IMG/VR virus record: IMGVR_UViG_3300045988_182235
Span: 1 to 32,000 of that record
Strand: one strand, 5' to 3'
DNA length: 32,000 nt
Source of the DNA: a virus
Positions 7,439-16,898 of this stretch are shown in pieces. The first letter of the stretch is position 1. Each line of letters begins with the position of its first letter. The notes beneath the pieces were generated by a model. The model was not told the DNA's origin, did no database searches, and saw only the letters and a list, made by a program, of their open reading frames with translations. The position numbers and the translations under genes were made by a program.

Positions 7439-7534
7439 TTGCATAACAGATACCATCACTTACCTCCTAACTGAACATTAACAATCTGTCATGCTTGTAA
7501 GCAGACTCTCTTTTGAGGGCCTGCTTCTTTTTTT
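7439..7534 (+). promoter_or_regulatory. 5' leader with terminator (module D)
   Basis: TTGCATAACAGATACCATC leader start; GCAGACTCTCTTTTGAGGGCCTGC plus T-tract at 7501-7534. Confidence 0.6.
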
Positions 7535-7580
7535 GTATGTATTGATTAGAAACAAAAATATTTCAGAAAGGATGAATACT

Positions 7581-7823
7581 ATGACCACAAATACCAAGAA
7601 CAGCTTTACCAGGTTCGCAGCTGCCGCAAAAGATTGCTTCTATGTGAATTCTTTTCGCGCAGACTTAGTTCAGTGCGACAGGGCCTTGAAAATGGACGGC
7701 GAGATGCACGTCGAAGCGGAATGCTGGATGAACATTTTGGATGCCCTGGACGATAACGACATCAAGATGTATGTCGATAACGAATACCGTCCCGGACTTT
7801 TGAACCCGTTCCATAAATGGTGA
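7581..7823 (+). CDS. Hypothetical protein, 80 aa, paralog of 21634-21879
   Basis: Shared core AECWMNILDAL...YVDNEYRPGLLNPFHK versus AECWLDVLSAM...YVRTKYKPGLLNPFKG. Confidence 0.8.
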   Translation: MTTNTKNSFTRFAAAAKDCFYVNSFRADLVQCDRALKMDGEMHVEAECWMNILDALDDNDIKMYVDNEYRPGLLNPFHKW

Positions 7824-7845
7824 CGCTCCAAAAACAAGTCAATAA

Positions 7846-7865
7846 CCCACGACTAAAGTCGTGGG
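7846..7865 (+). repeat. Orphan IS200/IS605-type hairpin
   Basis: CCCACGACTAAAGTCGTGGG; reverse complement AAGCCCACGACTTTAGTCGTGGG resembles AAGCCCGCGACTTTAGTCGTGGG of the tnpB right end. Confidence 0.6.
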
Positions 7866-7928
7866 CTTGCGTCAGTAAGAAATCCCACCAAAAATAAAAA
7901 ATACCCGAAGTGTGAAAGGAGCATAACA

Positions 7929-8411
7929 ATGCTTAATTCAAATATCAATAAAACCCTTGAAATCAACTCGAATAAAGCCGTTCTTCTCAGCATCAAGAAG
8001 CAATGGCTTGAAAAAATTCTGAGCGGAGAAAAGACTGTTGAGGTCCGAAAAACTATGCCGTGGGAAATTAGCTATCCTTTTGTAGTATTTTGCTACGAAA
8101 CCAAAGCTAACGGTGGTGCTGGAAAAGTGACTGCCGCATTTGTTTGCCGTGCCATCAATACACTCGATTGCCTGCGTGAGCTTCCGGCATATGCTATTGG
8201 CACGGAAGTGACCGAAAAGACCGCTCAATTCGTGAAGGACAGCTGCCTTACCGCAAATGAGCTGATTGCATACGGCAATAAGTCCGGCACTCTTTATTGC
8301 TGGAACGTTTCTGATGTCCAATCTATGGATATGTCGCTGCGAGAGCTCGGCGTTAAGCAAGCACCACAGTCCTGGATGTATCTGCGGATTCCTGATAACA
8401 AGACGTTCTGA
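7929..8411 (+). CDS. ASCH/PUA-like domain protein
   Basis: AVLLSIKKQWLEKILSGEKTVEVRKTMPWE matches the ASCH N-terminal pattern. Confidence 0.75.
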   Translation: MLNSNINKTLEINSNKAVLLSIKKQWLEKILSGEKTVEVRKTMPWEISYPFVVFCYETKANGGAGKVTAAFVCRAINTLDCLRELPAYAIGTEVTEKTAQFVKDSCLTANELIAYGNKSGTLYCWNVSDVQSMDMSLRELGVKQAPQSWMYLRIPDNKTF

Positions 8412-8508
8412 ACGATGTCTGTTTGGGCTGGCTACGTGTACAAGCCAAACAAAATATCAACTACACGATAAAAACACACTCGAATGAATGATTCATCGTG
8501 CGAACAAC

Positions 8509-8542
8509 GCAGACTCTCGATTCTTGAGGGCCTGCTATTTTT
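8509..8542 (+). terminator. Intrinsic terminator directly upstream of an RBS and gene
   Basis: GCAGACTCTCGATTCTTGAGGGCCTGC then T-rich tract. Confidence 0.65.
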
Positions 8543-8563
8543 TTATTTCAGGAGGAAACATCA

Positions 8564-9103
8564 ATGATTCTTTATCATATCATGGCAGACACCGGATGCC
8601 TGCCGGACGATGTTGTTCCGCAGATACCAACGAATCGGATGAAAGGGGAGGACCAGGAAATCCCAAGAATTTGTCTTGGGCATACCCTTGACGACTGCCT
8701 GACCAGCATCGGCATTGCGCATTTTGTCTCAAAATTCCTGCTCGCTGAGCTGCGTCAGAACAAAAAATACTCCAAGGACATGCCGTTACCGTTCATTGTC
8801 CGAATGTACAACATCAAGGACGAAGACCCGAATCTCTTGACCGAGGAAGAAACACAGAAATATGTGGCGGATTCTGTCGTGACCAGTGAATGCTGGCTCA
8901 CAAGATACGAGAAACCCGTCAAAATCCAGAAACTTTGGCTTGTGGGTGGTGAAGTTGTTCTTTGGCCCTATATCGTTGACGGCGTTGTATACAATTACCC
9001 AATCGTCCGTAACTCAATTTGGGCAGACAGCAAAACCTTGCCGGACCCGGAATTTCAGAATCAAATCATGGATATCACTCAGAAATGGCTTAACGAAGCC
9101 TGA
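8564..9103 (+). CDS. Hypothetical protein, 179 aa
   Basis: Intact ORF with CAGGAGGAAAC RBS. Confidence 0.8.
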   Translation: MILYHIMADTGCLPDDVVPQIPTNRMKGEDQEIPRICLGHTLDDCLTSIGIAHFVSKFLLAELRQNKKYSKDMPLPFIVRMYNIKDEDPNLLTEEETQKYVADSVVTSECWLTRYEKPVKIQKLWLVGGEVVLWPYIVDGVVYNYPIVRNSIWADSKTLPDPEFQNQIMDITQKWLNEA

Positions 9104-9126
9104 AAAAGAAGCACATCAAAAACTCT

Positions 9127-9154
9127 TGCACATCCTTGCGAATTCCATAGTATT
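9127..9154 (+). promoter_or_regulatory. TGCGAA-spacer promoter
   Basis: TTGCAC - ATCCTTGCGAATTCCA - TAGTAT. Confidence 0.7.
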
Positions 9155-9159
9155 AAAGT

Positions 9160-9205
9160 TGTACGACAGATAACATCTACTTTGCACACCGCGTGCTCGT
9201 ACAAT
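9160..9205 (+). ncRNA. Conserved structured leader RNA (module A)
   Basis: TTGTACGA...TCGTACAA outer stem enclosing AGAT-AAC-ATCT and GCACACCGCGTGC; same length as 18096-18141. Confidence 0.6.
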
Positions 9206-9228
9206 TCATAATTCTGTTCTCATTCAAG

Positions 9229-9264
9229 GCAGACTCATCTTCATGATGGGCCTGCCTTTTTTTG
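9229..9264 (+). terminator. Intrinsic terminator of module A
   Basis: GGCAGACTCATCTTCATGATGGGCCTGCCTTTTTTT. Confidence 0.7.
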
Positions 9265-9355
9265 TTTACAGAAAAAGGAGGAGTTCAAAACAAACCACAA
9301 ATCTCAAATCACAATCTTCCGCTACAAGGAAAAGACACAAAAAAGGAGTCACAAA

Positions 9356-10183
9356 ATGAAAGTCGAAAAGAATAATAACAGCATTTTTCGGAACAAGCAT
9401 GTCCTGGTTGTCGTCGCGGTGATGTGTATTTTTACCATCATCGCCTGCATGGGTTTTATGCTTTCTGTTCCTGCACACGCAGAGGAAAACATAGCTCCCA
9501 AAACCGAACCTATCGCTTTTTCCACTCCCATTGAAACGGTGAATGAGCTCGATAAAGCGTTCCCGATAACGGAAACTTCCGAAGAAGCACAGGAGGAAAT
9601 TACAACTGCTGAGGTCGAATCTTCCGATGCTGCAGAACCGGAACCACGGATTGAGACCGCAGAAGCAGCCATCGAAGAAGCTGAACCGAAACCCGAAACA
9701 ATTCCAGATAATCTCAACGACAATGAGCTTGAAATCTACACAGCTCTGCGGTCCGCTGGCCTTTCAAAGGCCGGTACTGCCGCAGTGATGGGCTGCATGT
9801 CGATGGAAAGCGGTCTTAAAGCCTCGGCCGAAAACCCTTCGGATGGCGGCTATGGGCTCCTGCAATGGGCTTATAGCCGAAAGACAGACCTTTTCAACTG
9901 GTGTTATGGCAATGGCTATGACCCCAACACCGTTACGGGACAGGTGATGTTCTTCGTGTATGAGCTCAATAGCACATACAGCAAGGCCGCCAAATACTCA
10001 TATCCGGTGTACGAAACTCTCACTACAAGCGACAGCCTGGAAGATTGCCTTTCGATGTTCTTCTCCCATATGGAAGCAGGAACCAACGTGATAATCTCTT
10101 CCCGCAAAGTCTATGCAGGAGGGCTGACCACGTTAGACCTGTACCGCAAACGCTTAACTGCCGCTTACAAATACTTCATTTGA
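9356..10183 (+). CDS. Membrane-anchored or secreted phage-tail-type lysozyme domain protein
   Basis: N-terminal hydrophobic segment VLVVVAVMCIFTIIACMGFM, acidic linker, then LSKAGTAAVMGCMSMESGLKASAENPSDGGYGLLQWAYSRKTDLFNWC. Confidence 0.82.
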   Translation: MKVEKNNNSIFRNKHVLVVVAVMCIFTIIACMGFMLSVPAHAEENIAPKTEPIAFSTPIETVNELDKAFPITETSEEAQEEITTAEVESSDAAEPEPRIETAEAAIEEAEPKPETIPDNLNDNELEIYTALRSAGLSKAGTAAVMGCMSMESGLKASAENPSDGGYGLLQWAYSRKTDLFNWCYGNGYDPNTVTGQVMFFVYELNSTYSKAAKYSYPVYETLTTSDSLEDCLSMFFSHMEAGTNVIISSRKVYAGGLTTLDLYRKRLTAAYKYFI

Positions 10184-10200
10184 ATTAGGAGGAAATCACA

Positions 10201-10536
10201 ATGAAAACAACCGTTTATCTGTCCCGAAAACTCTTGAACCAGTTAAAGGTAAAAGAAACCGAAAGCAAAGACCTTATGCTAACCCATAACCTACACAACA
10301 TCATCATCAACGGTAAGCGTGTTGGCTGCTCTGGCCACATTCAGAACGTTCTCAACAATAAGTGCGTTTACGTCAGCACTGAAAAGAGTTGCTATCAGCC
10401 CTTGTCTGACAAGAACCTGGTTCGCTATGCCGCCAGTATGAAAGATTACTCCTCTGTATCGCTCGGTGCAAAAGGACGTAATCAGTTCGTGACCAATGAT
10501 GAGTTGGTTGGAAAAATCATTGATATGCTCCGATAA
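10201..10536 (+). CDS. Hypothetical protein, 111 aa
   Basis: Intact ORF with AGGAGG RBS. Confidence 0.75.
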   Translation: MKTTVYLSRKLLNQLKVKETESKDLMLTHNLHNIIINGKRVGCSGHIQNVLNNKCVYVSTEKSCYQPLSDKNLVRYAASMKDYSSVSLGAKGRNQFVTNDELVGKIIDMLR

Positions 10537-10563
10537 GGACATAAACAGAAAGAGAAAAAGCTC

Positions 10564-10734
10564 ATGAAAACCGGCATCAAGAATCAGATAGTAATAGTAT
10601 CTGCTGTGGCAGCTGTTCTGCTCATTGTTATGAGCGTCTGTGCAATTGCGGAGAGCATTACCTTTGAGAAGGTTGCTGTTCTCGCTGCAAGCGTACTTGC
10701 CTTGAATAAATGCTGCGGCATCCTGTTAAATTAA
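10564..10734 (+). CDS. Small membrane protein, 56 aa
   Basis: MKTGIKNQIVIVSAVAAVLLIVMSVCAIAESITFEKVAVLAASVLALNKCCGILLN, not in the ORF track. Confidence 0.55.
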   Translation: MKTGIKNQIVIVSAVAAVLLIVMSVCAIAESITFEKVAVLAASVLALNKCCGILLN

Positions 10735-10746
10735 GGAGAAAAAACC

Positions 10747-11331
10747 ATGAAAAATAAATACAAAGTTGTTGCCTTGGTTCCTTTGGAGTTCTCTGTTGAG
10801 GGAAGCTCCGATTCCAAAGAGGCAATCGAATCCGTCAAAAACATTTTCGAAGCGTGTCGGGATGATAAAGACTACGCGGACATCGTTTTTGATGGTATCG
10901 AAGAGTCACTTCGTCACGACAGTATCGAGTACAAAGTTGAAGCCGTCCAGCATGAACCTGAGGTGAAGGCAAATTCCGATATCCGTTCTGTTGCCTTCGA
11001 TATCTGCGACGTCTTCGAAAACTATCTCGACGAAAACGGTATTTGCATCGTTTGCGATGATGCAGATGAGGAGCGGGAACGGAAAGACAATGAAAGCGGC
11101 GCGATGCTGTACGGCATGGAATATTGGCATCTCGTTGAGGATGTCGAGTTCTGGCTGAGTCACATGAGTGCGCAGAGAAAGCCGGTCATTACTTCTAAAA
11201 TTTTGAAGGCGTTCGACGAACTTCTCGTATCCAAAAACCTCGGTAACTCCGTGCCAAGCGGCGATAATCGCTATCAACTGCACTCAAAGATTCTGAGTTG
11301 CTTGCGTTCTCGTGAGGAGGGGTTGGAATGA
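10747..11331 (+). CDS. Hypothetical protein, 194 aa
   Basis: ORF with AAGGAGAA RBS. Confidence 0.8.
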   Translation: MKNKYKVVALVPLEFSVEGSSDSKEAIESVKNIFEACRDDKDYADIVFDGIEESLRHDSIEYKVEAVQHEPEVKANSDIRSVAFDICDVFENYLDENGICIVCDDADEERERKDNESGAMLYGMEYWHLVEDVEFWLSHMSAQRKPVITSKILKAFDELLVSKNLGNSVPSGDNRYQLHSKILSCLRSREEGLE

Positions 11332-11858
11332 GCACGAAAGGCTGGAACAGTCTGAAACCTATTACGACTCCTGACCAGATGCCTGCGCCGATTCATTGGA
11401 ACCCAATGAACGAGGATTGGAAAATGCGGCTTACCAAAAGCCAGATTTACAACACCTCTTCTGGTTTCGATACTCAAACGCTCGATGCTATGAAGAAGCT
11501 GCATGACAAAATCCTCACATTTGGCGGGGATGAAGTCTGCATGACGGAATTTGACGAAGACGCCCCAAAAATCCTCAAACGCGGCCGGTTCTTTTATGGC
11601 AGCAGCTATATGAGAAAAGGTCAGGATTGCCAGTGCCATTACAATTCTGCACGGCTTTGGTATAAAAACAAAGACCGGTGCTTTATTGCAACGGGCTATG
11701 CTCTTTCCGAAGACGGGCTCTGGCGCTGTCATTCCTGGGTCGTTCAGCCAATGGCACGCACCGTTCGCGTGTGGGAAACCACCGTCAAGCGTGTTGCCTA
11801 TTTCGGCGTGGTTTTGACCAGCGAGGAATGCGAAGACTTTGTCGAGAACAACACATAA
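11328..11858 (+). CDS. Hypothetical protein, 176 aa
   Basis: ORF with GAGGAGGGG RBS, overlaps the previous stop. Confidence 0.8.
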   Translation: MSTKGWNSLKPITTPDQMPAPIHWNPMNEDWKMRLTKSQIYNTSSGFDTQTLDAMKKLHDKILTFGGDEVCMTEFDEDAPKILKRGRFFYGSSYMRKGQDCQCHYNSARLWYKNKDRCFIATGYALSEDGLWRCHSWVVQPMARTVRVWETTVKRVAYFGVVLTSEECEDFVENNT

Positions 11859-11879
11859 CAATTGGGGAGGTTACCCAAC

Positions 11880-12881
11880 ATGGGTGAACAACTACATTTC
11901 AGTATGGATGGTGAGTTCCTCACCGCCATTGCACGTGACTGGTTCTGGAACATGGACAAGCCGTATAAAAAGTGTGAGGAGCTGCTGCTCTCCTGCATGA
12001 TGGGTGGCAACGAGGAAGAAAAAAGGCATGTTTGCCAGGACATTATCGAAGGCCGGAAAAAACTTGTTGGTGTCAATGAGTTTGAACTTGTCGATGACAA
12101 TGTTCATGTTCGTTCCCTCGGGCAGAAGGTTGAGGAGCTTCAACACAAGATGCTGGTCAATCAAATTCGTGAGGATATGATTGCACATCCGCTCAATTAT
12201 GTTGACCGCTTTGCTATGACTGATAGCTATGAAACGCTCTGCACCAATGCAAAACATCATTATATCGATTGCAGCTATGACGGTATCAAGTGCTTCCTCT
12301 ATGGGAAAACGGGTTATTCTGATGCATTCAACAACGGTGCATGGCTTTTTACCCACCCAGACCTTGTTGCAGAATTCAATGGCGAACCGCTTCCTGAGCA
12401 GGAATCCAACCCGGAATTCTACAAAACCGATTTTTGGACCAAGCTTGCCTCTTGGATTGAAGCAAACATGAAAGGCACATCCGTTGAACGCCGTCAGCGA
12501 CTGTACAACAGCTATATCAGTGATAGACCCATTCAGCATCAGCTGACCGAATATGGTCTGATTGCTCCCGATGGCACCTGGTATGCCTGCGAGTTTGGCG
12601 AGCACGCTGCCCTGGCTGGCCGCATCATCATGCGCAATCGAGAAGCGTTTGGTCTTTCTGACCATGAAGTTCTCAATATGGCGTATGACTGGAGTGGCAA
12701 GGGTCTCGATTTCCTATATAAACGCGGTTGGATTGCCATTCGTAATCCTTCGATGGGCAATACATTCCTCGATATGGATGAGACCAAAACCGCAACAAAA
12801 GCTCAAGTAAATACCATTTTTGACTATATTTCTAAATTTAACCGCTATGACATGAATGTTTCCAAGGTCATGGCTGACTAA
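11880..12881 (+). CDS. Hypothetical protein, about 333 aa
   Basis: ATG 19 nt after GGGGAGG; long ORF. Confidence 0.82.
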   Translation: MGEQLHFSMDGEFLTAIARDWFWNMDKPYKKCEELLLSCMMGGNEEEKRHVCQDIIEGRKKLVGVNEFELVDDNVHVRSLGQKVEELQHKMLVNQIREDMIAHPLNYVDRFAMTDSYETLCTNAKHHYIDCSYDGIKCFLYGKTGYSDAFNNGAWLFTHPDLVAEFNGEPLPEQESNPEFYKTDFWTKLASWIEANMKGTSVERRQRLYNSYISDRPIQHQLTEYGLIAPDGTWYACEFGEHAALAGRIIMRNREAFGLSDHEVLNMAYDWSGKGLDFLYKRGWIAIRNPSMGNTFLDMDETKTATKAQVNTIFDYISKFNRYDMNVSKVMAD

Positions 12882-12898
12882 AAAAGGAGATTTTTATT

Positions 12899-13474
12899 AT
12901 GACTTCCAATATGACTATGACCGCTATTTCCATCTGTGATTTCCTGAAACTCATCGTGAAAAGCACGGTGAAGCATTACACCGAGGATTTCAAGCTGGAC
13001 ATAAAGATTTTTAAGCGCTATGCAAAAGAAGCGCAGGAAACTGGAAAGCCCGTATCGATGCTCTGGTTCTGCCGCTCTTGTGGAACGTATCTCTGCCCTG
13101 AGGAAGATGCGTACAAGAAAGATACTCCCATGTTCATCACGTTCAAATACTATGATGAGCAGGAAGAGGAAGAAGCCCGGACCATTAAGGCTTTTCTGGT
13201 CACTGTGACAGGGATGGAAGGACAAAAGCCAGTTGGCTATATCACTCCCATCAACTATGCGGATGAATGTGACCGCATTCGCCGTTACGCAGTACCTGCC
13301 GAAAAGGTCGAGCTTGTCTATGATAAAGGTTCCCTTGTCCAGAACAATGGCAACTATACGATTCTGAAGCATCCCAAGCTTGGTACACTTCAGAAAACGA
13401 AATTCTTGGCCGATGACCCTGACGCGCTTGATTATGCGCTGCATATGGCTCGCAATGAGAGAAAGGCAGGGTGA
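12899..13474 (+). CDS. Hypothetical protein, 191 aa, with possible metal-binding CRSCGTYLC motif
   Basis: Intact ORF with AAAGGAG RBS. Confidence 0.8.
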   Translation: MTSNMTMTAISICDFLKLIVKSTVKHYTEDFKLDIKIFKRYAKEAQETGKPVSMLWFCRSCGTYLCPEEDAYKKDTPMFITFKYYDEQEEEEARTIKAFLVTVTGMEGQKPVGYITPINYADECDRIRRYAVPAEKVELVYDKGSLVQNNGNYTILKHPKLGTLQKTKFLADDPDALDYALHMARNERKAG

Positions 13475-13479
13475 CAGCC

Positions 13480-13755
13480 ATGAAAACGATGGTTACATTG
13501 ACTCACGAAGAAGCCCAAAGCTATTTGGCGTACGCTCTGATTTGCGAAACGATGGAAGGAGCCTTTTGGAATTCCGGACGCCGTCGCAGACTATACAGCA
13601 AGACGTTTACCGAAGCCGAACAGAGGCAGATTCCCCGCATCAAAGCCACTGCTCACAAATGGTGTTTGGTTACTGGTGTTCCTGAAAAGGTACGCATGAG
13701 GTACAGCACCTATTTGCTGTGGCAGAAACTCGCGATGTTCTGCGCTGAAATTTAA
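13480..13755 (+). CDS. Hypothetical protein, 91 aa
   Basis: ORF closely following 12899-13474. Confidence 0.75.
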   Translation: MKTMVTLTHEEAQSYLAYALICETMEGAFWNSGRRRRLYSKTFTEAEQRQIPRIKATAHKWCLVTGVPEKVRMRYSTYLLWQKLAMFCAEI

Positions 13756-13764
13756 TTTTTCATT

Positions 13765-13794
13765 ACCGTTGCCCATTTGGGTGGCGGTTTTTTG
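13765..13794 (+). terminator. Intrinsic terminator
   Basis: ACCGTTGCCCATTTGGGTGGCGGTTTTTT. Confidence 0.8.
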
Positions 13795-13822
13795 TTGCGG
13801 ATTTATGCGAACGGCCTATAAT
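13795..13822 (+). promoter_or_regulatory. TGCGAA-spacer promoter
   Basis: TTGCGG - ATTTATGCGAACGGCC - TATAAT. Confidence 0.8.
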
Positions 13823-13827
13823 CAAAA

Positions 13828-13925
13828 ATGTACGATAGATAACAGTTATCGAAAAGGCACCCTGCCCTTCGCACACTTAACAATGCGCTTTAGGCGAACT
13901 TCCCATTTGGGTGGTTCGCCTTTTT
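13828..13925 (+). promoter_or_regulatory. 5' leader plus terminator (module C)
   Basis: ATGTACGATAGATAACAGTTATC leader start; GGCGAACTTCCCATTTGGGTGGTTCGCCTTTTT terminator. Confidence 0.6.
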
Positions 13926-13950
13926 GCGTATAAAAGAAAGGAAATAATCA

Positions 13951-14192
13951 AAATGAATGAGTACGAAGCAGCAATACAAATCAACCCAACCGACGATATC
14001 AAGTTCATACTTGAGGAGCCCGGCTGCTATGAGTCTGAAATTGAAATGATGAAGGCCGGTGGCACCTATGATGCGTTTGTCAAGCGTGTCTATGATGCCA
14101 TCGACTGGTCTCATCTGTTTGAGCGTATTACTCAGATGGAAAACGAAGCCATCACGGCAGCTATCGACAAATTGTCTGATAGCATGATTTGA
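13951..14192 (+). CDS. Hypothetical protein, about 80 aa
   Basis: ORF with AAGGAAA RBS. Confidence 0.75.
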
Positions 14193-14211
14193 TTGTTAGG
14201 AGGTAAATACT

Positions 14212-14784
14212 ATGTACATTCTCATTAAAAACCAGGAAGGCGAAAACATGAATCTGCTTTCCCAGAACACCGATTTCAACGCCCTGCTGGCAGCCATGAA
14301 AGCTGACATTGAGGCAGAGTACGAAAAGGCAACAGGCTCTGCGATTAACCTGGATGAAGATTCCGGCAGCGATTATGAAGTCGGTATCAACGTTGAGGAC
14401 AGTGCTGCCGAAGGTTTCTGCCTCGCATCCGGGTATATGTACGGCGCAGACAGCAATTTTGACTGGGGTATTTTCAAAGTAAAGTCTCAGAAAAGCAATA
14501 CCGCAGCAAAACCCTACATTGGCCTGGATATGAACAAGTTCTTTCGGCAGAAAATGCTGCTGATTGACCTCTCGGCAAAAGTAAAGGACCTCGGCTATGA
14601 CCATCTGGCCGATGAGCTTTGGGGCGCAATCGGTGTCTTCGACGCTGTACAGGATTCAGCTGAAGGAGACGGTGTTTTCACTGCTCCGGAAGCGGATGAA
14701 GAAACCGGTCTGTTCCTTGACGATTTTTATAACGACGTTCTGGAAAAGATTCTGAACGCCGACAAGAAAAAGGAGGAAAAGTAA
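14212..14784 (+). CDS. Hypothetical acidic protein, 190 aa
   Basis: ORF with AGGAGGT RBS. Confidence 0.8.
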   Translation: MYILIKNQEGENMNLLSQNTDFNALLAAMKADIEAEYEKATGSAINLDEDSGSDYEVGINVEDSAAEGFCLASGYMYGADSNFDWGIFKVKSQKSNTAAKPYIGLDMNKFFRQKMLLIDLSAKVKDLGYDHLADELWGAIGVFDAVQDSAEGDGVFTAPEADEETGLFLDDFYNDVLEKILNADKKKEEK

Positions 14785-14787
14785 GCC

Positions 14788-15273
14788 ATGAGACTCTACA
14801 TCCAAGGCGAACACGGTAAGCTCCTAACTTTCACCCCGGAAGAAATCAAGGAAAAGCTCGGTATTCCATTCGATATCGCTGCTCTTGGCATCGAGGTAGA
14901 TGATGGCGACACCACCATCAGGGCTCAGTCATACCCCAAATGGGATTATCAGAACGGGAACCCGCCCATTGACCTCTGTGTCAATGAAATGCAGGTTGGC
15001 TCACTGGCTATGCCGACGCCCAACATTCCGGCTCCCGTCATTTATCTTTATGATGAACAGGGGCAGGATGAATTGGATTGGTTTGCATGTACCAGCTTTG
15101 CACCCCGTGCATCTGGTGACGAAAGTTCTCACGTCGTCTTCTGTGACATGAGTTTTAGCAATGCGTTTGCTACCACAGACGTTTTTGTGAATCCGCGCAA
15201 GGGAATTCCTTTCGTGCAGTGTTCCACTGAGAATCAACTTTCTGATTTCAGGAAAGCTGATTCCCATGAATAA
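14788..15273 (+). CDS. Hypothetical protein, 161 aa (DUF1963/YwqG-like resemblance only tentative)
   Basis: ORF with GGAGGAAAAG RBS. Confidence 0.75.
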   Translation: MRLYIQGEHGKLLTFTPEEIKEKLGIPFDIAALGIEVDDGDTTIRAQSYPKWDYQNGNPPIDLCVNEMQVGSLAMPTPNIPAPVIYLYDEQGQDELDWFACTSFAPRASGDESSHVVFCDMSFSNAFATTDVFVNPRKGIPFVQCSTENQLSDFRKADSHE

Positions 15274-15290
15274 TATCTGACTCGTATCTT

Positions 15291-15326
15291 TGCGGTCGTT
15301 CCTTTTGGAGCGGCCGCTTTTTTGTT
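15291..15326 (+). terminator. Intrinsic terminator
   Basis: TGCGGTCGTTCCTTTTGGAGCGGCCGCTTTTTTG. Confidence 0.8.
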
Positions 15327-15337
15327 TTTTAGTTTTG

Positions 15338-15365
15338 TTGCACAAATGTGCGACTCTCATAAAAT
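15338..15365 (+). promoter_or_regulatory. TGCGAC-spacer promoter
   Basis: TTGCAC - AAATGTGCGACTCTCA - TAAAAT. Confidence 0.75.
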
Positions 15366-15386
15366 GAAAATTAGGGAGGTGCTGTT

Positions 15387-15683
15387 TTGAAAATTCAGAG
15401 AATCATGCCTGCAACTACTCATTCCATGAAAGACGCGTTACCGCTTGGGACTATCCTGACGGTGAAAAATGTTGCAGACCAGAAATATATTGTGGTCGGC
15501 TATGACACAAGTTCTTTTCCGCACAACTACTATGCGGTTCCCTGGCCGCAAGGGTACATGGGTGAAGAAAATATGTACTTGGTAGGATTTGATGATATTG
15601 CGAAAGTTCTGTGTCGCGGCGGAATCAACGAGGAATCCAGAGTTTTCTTGCAGGCACTGGATGATGTGTTGAACGGGAGGTGA
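15387..15683 (+). CDS. Hypothetical protein, 98 aa, TTG start
   Basis: ORF with GGGAGGT RBS; motif PLGTILTVKNVADQKYIVVGYD...YYAVPWPQGYMG. Confidence 0.75.
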   Translation: MKIQRIMPATTHSMKDALPLGTILTVKNVADQKYIVVGYDTSSFPHNYYAVPWPQGYMGEENMYLVGFDDIAKVLCRGGINEESRVFLQALDDVLNGR

Positions 15684-15687
15684 CACG

Positions 15688-15903
15688 GTGACGGTAAAAG
15701 AGCTGAAGCATATGCTTGAGAACGCGGAAGACAATGCTATCGTCGTTGTGCGAAATAACTGGGCTCCGGCGGAATTCCTGAATACCTCTGCTCGGAAGAT
15801 GGTGCTTGTGAAAGCAAATGGCAAGCTCATGACGCCGAAATGGGCCGAGGCGAGCGGGTATATCTGCGAAGGCCCTGCTATGTCGGCAATTTTATTCGAT
15901 TGA
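15688..15903 (+). CDS. Hypothetical protein, 71 aa, GTG start
   Basis: TVKELKHMLENAEDNAIVVVR-type pattern; GGGAGGTG RBS. Confidence 0.7.
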   Translation: MTVKELKHMLENAEDNAIVVVRNNWAPAEFLNTSARKMVLVKANGKLMTPKWAEASGYICEGPAMSAILFD

Positions 15904-15916
15904 GGTGAGAAAAATC

Positions 15917-16246
15917 ATGCCCGATAAAAAAGTGGCCACGCAGGCATCTGATGGACCCTGGGAACGCGAAACCATCATCACATTCAATGACGCGGAGAAA
16001 AAAGCATCCTACTACACCTGCAACAAAGCTCGTATGGAACAGCTAAAAGAGCTTGCCAAAGAATACCCTGATGCTGTTAAAATCACGCGGGATGAGGACT
16101 GGTGTATGGAGGCAGATATGCCCAAGAAATGGGTCAAAATCAAGCCGCCTCGCAAGCTGACCGAAGAGCAATATGCGGAACTGGTCAGACGCGGCAAAGA
16201 ACTTGCAGAACGGCAGCGGCAGCTAAAAAACGAAACGAAGGAATAA
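15917..16246 (+). CDS. Hypothetical protein, about 109 aa
   Basis: ORF with GAGGTGAG RBS. Confidence 0.7.
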   Translation: MPDKKVATQASDGPWERETIITFNDAEKKASYYTCNKARMEQLKELAKEYPDAVKITRDEDWCMEADMPKKWVKIKPPRKLTEEQYAELVRRGKELAERQRQLKNETKE

Positions 16247-16280
16247 ACCGGCTTCATATGCCGGAAGAGGAGAATATAAA

Positions 16281-16898
16281 ATGTACAATTCTTACAGCGC
16301 ATTGAATCTTTTGGGCGGTATGCTCTATACGGTGATTCTTCTGGTGGTAGCGTATTTTGTGCTCAAAATCGTCGCCAATTGGAAAATTTTTGAGAAGGCC
16401 GGGCAGCCTGGCTGGGCATCCATCGTCCCGTTCTACAGCAACTACATCGAATTCAACATTTACTGGGGGAACGGCTGGTTGTTTCTGATTCCGGTCTTGC
16501 TGAGCCTTTTGTCTGGCATCCCGCTGCTCGGCAATCTGTTCCTGGTTGTTGCCCTCATCATCGGTGCTATTACCAACTACAAGAAAGCTGTTGCGTTCGG
16601 TGAAGGTATTGGTTTCACGATTGGTCTTTGCCTTCTGAATCCGGTGTTCAACATGATTCTTGCTTTCGGCCATTATGAGTATCACGGTATCCCGCAGGAT
16701 GGCTATTCCTATTCTCAGCTCAAGACCAAATATGAGGAAAAGAAAGCCGAACAGCAGAGCAACCCCAGTACTGTTCAGTACCAGGCCCCCGAAACTCCCA
16801 AAGAGCCGAGCCAGAATGTTCAGTATCAGACTCCGAATGCTCCTGCTGAAGTCAAGACCCCGCCGACTCAGCAGAATCAAAATCAGGACAATGGCTGA
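16281..16898 (+). CDS. DUF5684-like multi-pass membrane protein
   Basis: LKIVANWKIFEKAGQPGWASIVPFYSNYI plus several hydrophobic segments and a Gln/Pro-rich tail. Confidence 0.75.
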   Translation: MYNSYSALNLLGGMLYTVILLVVAYFVLKIVANWKIFEKAGQPGWASIVPFYSNYIEFNIYWGNGWLFLIPVLLSLLSGIPLLGNLFLVVALIIGAITNYKKAVAFGEGIGFTIGLCLLNPVFNMILAFGHYEYHGIPQDGYSYSQLKTKYEEKKAEQQSNPSTVQYQAPETPKEPSQNVQYQTPNAPAEVKTPPTQQNQNQDNG

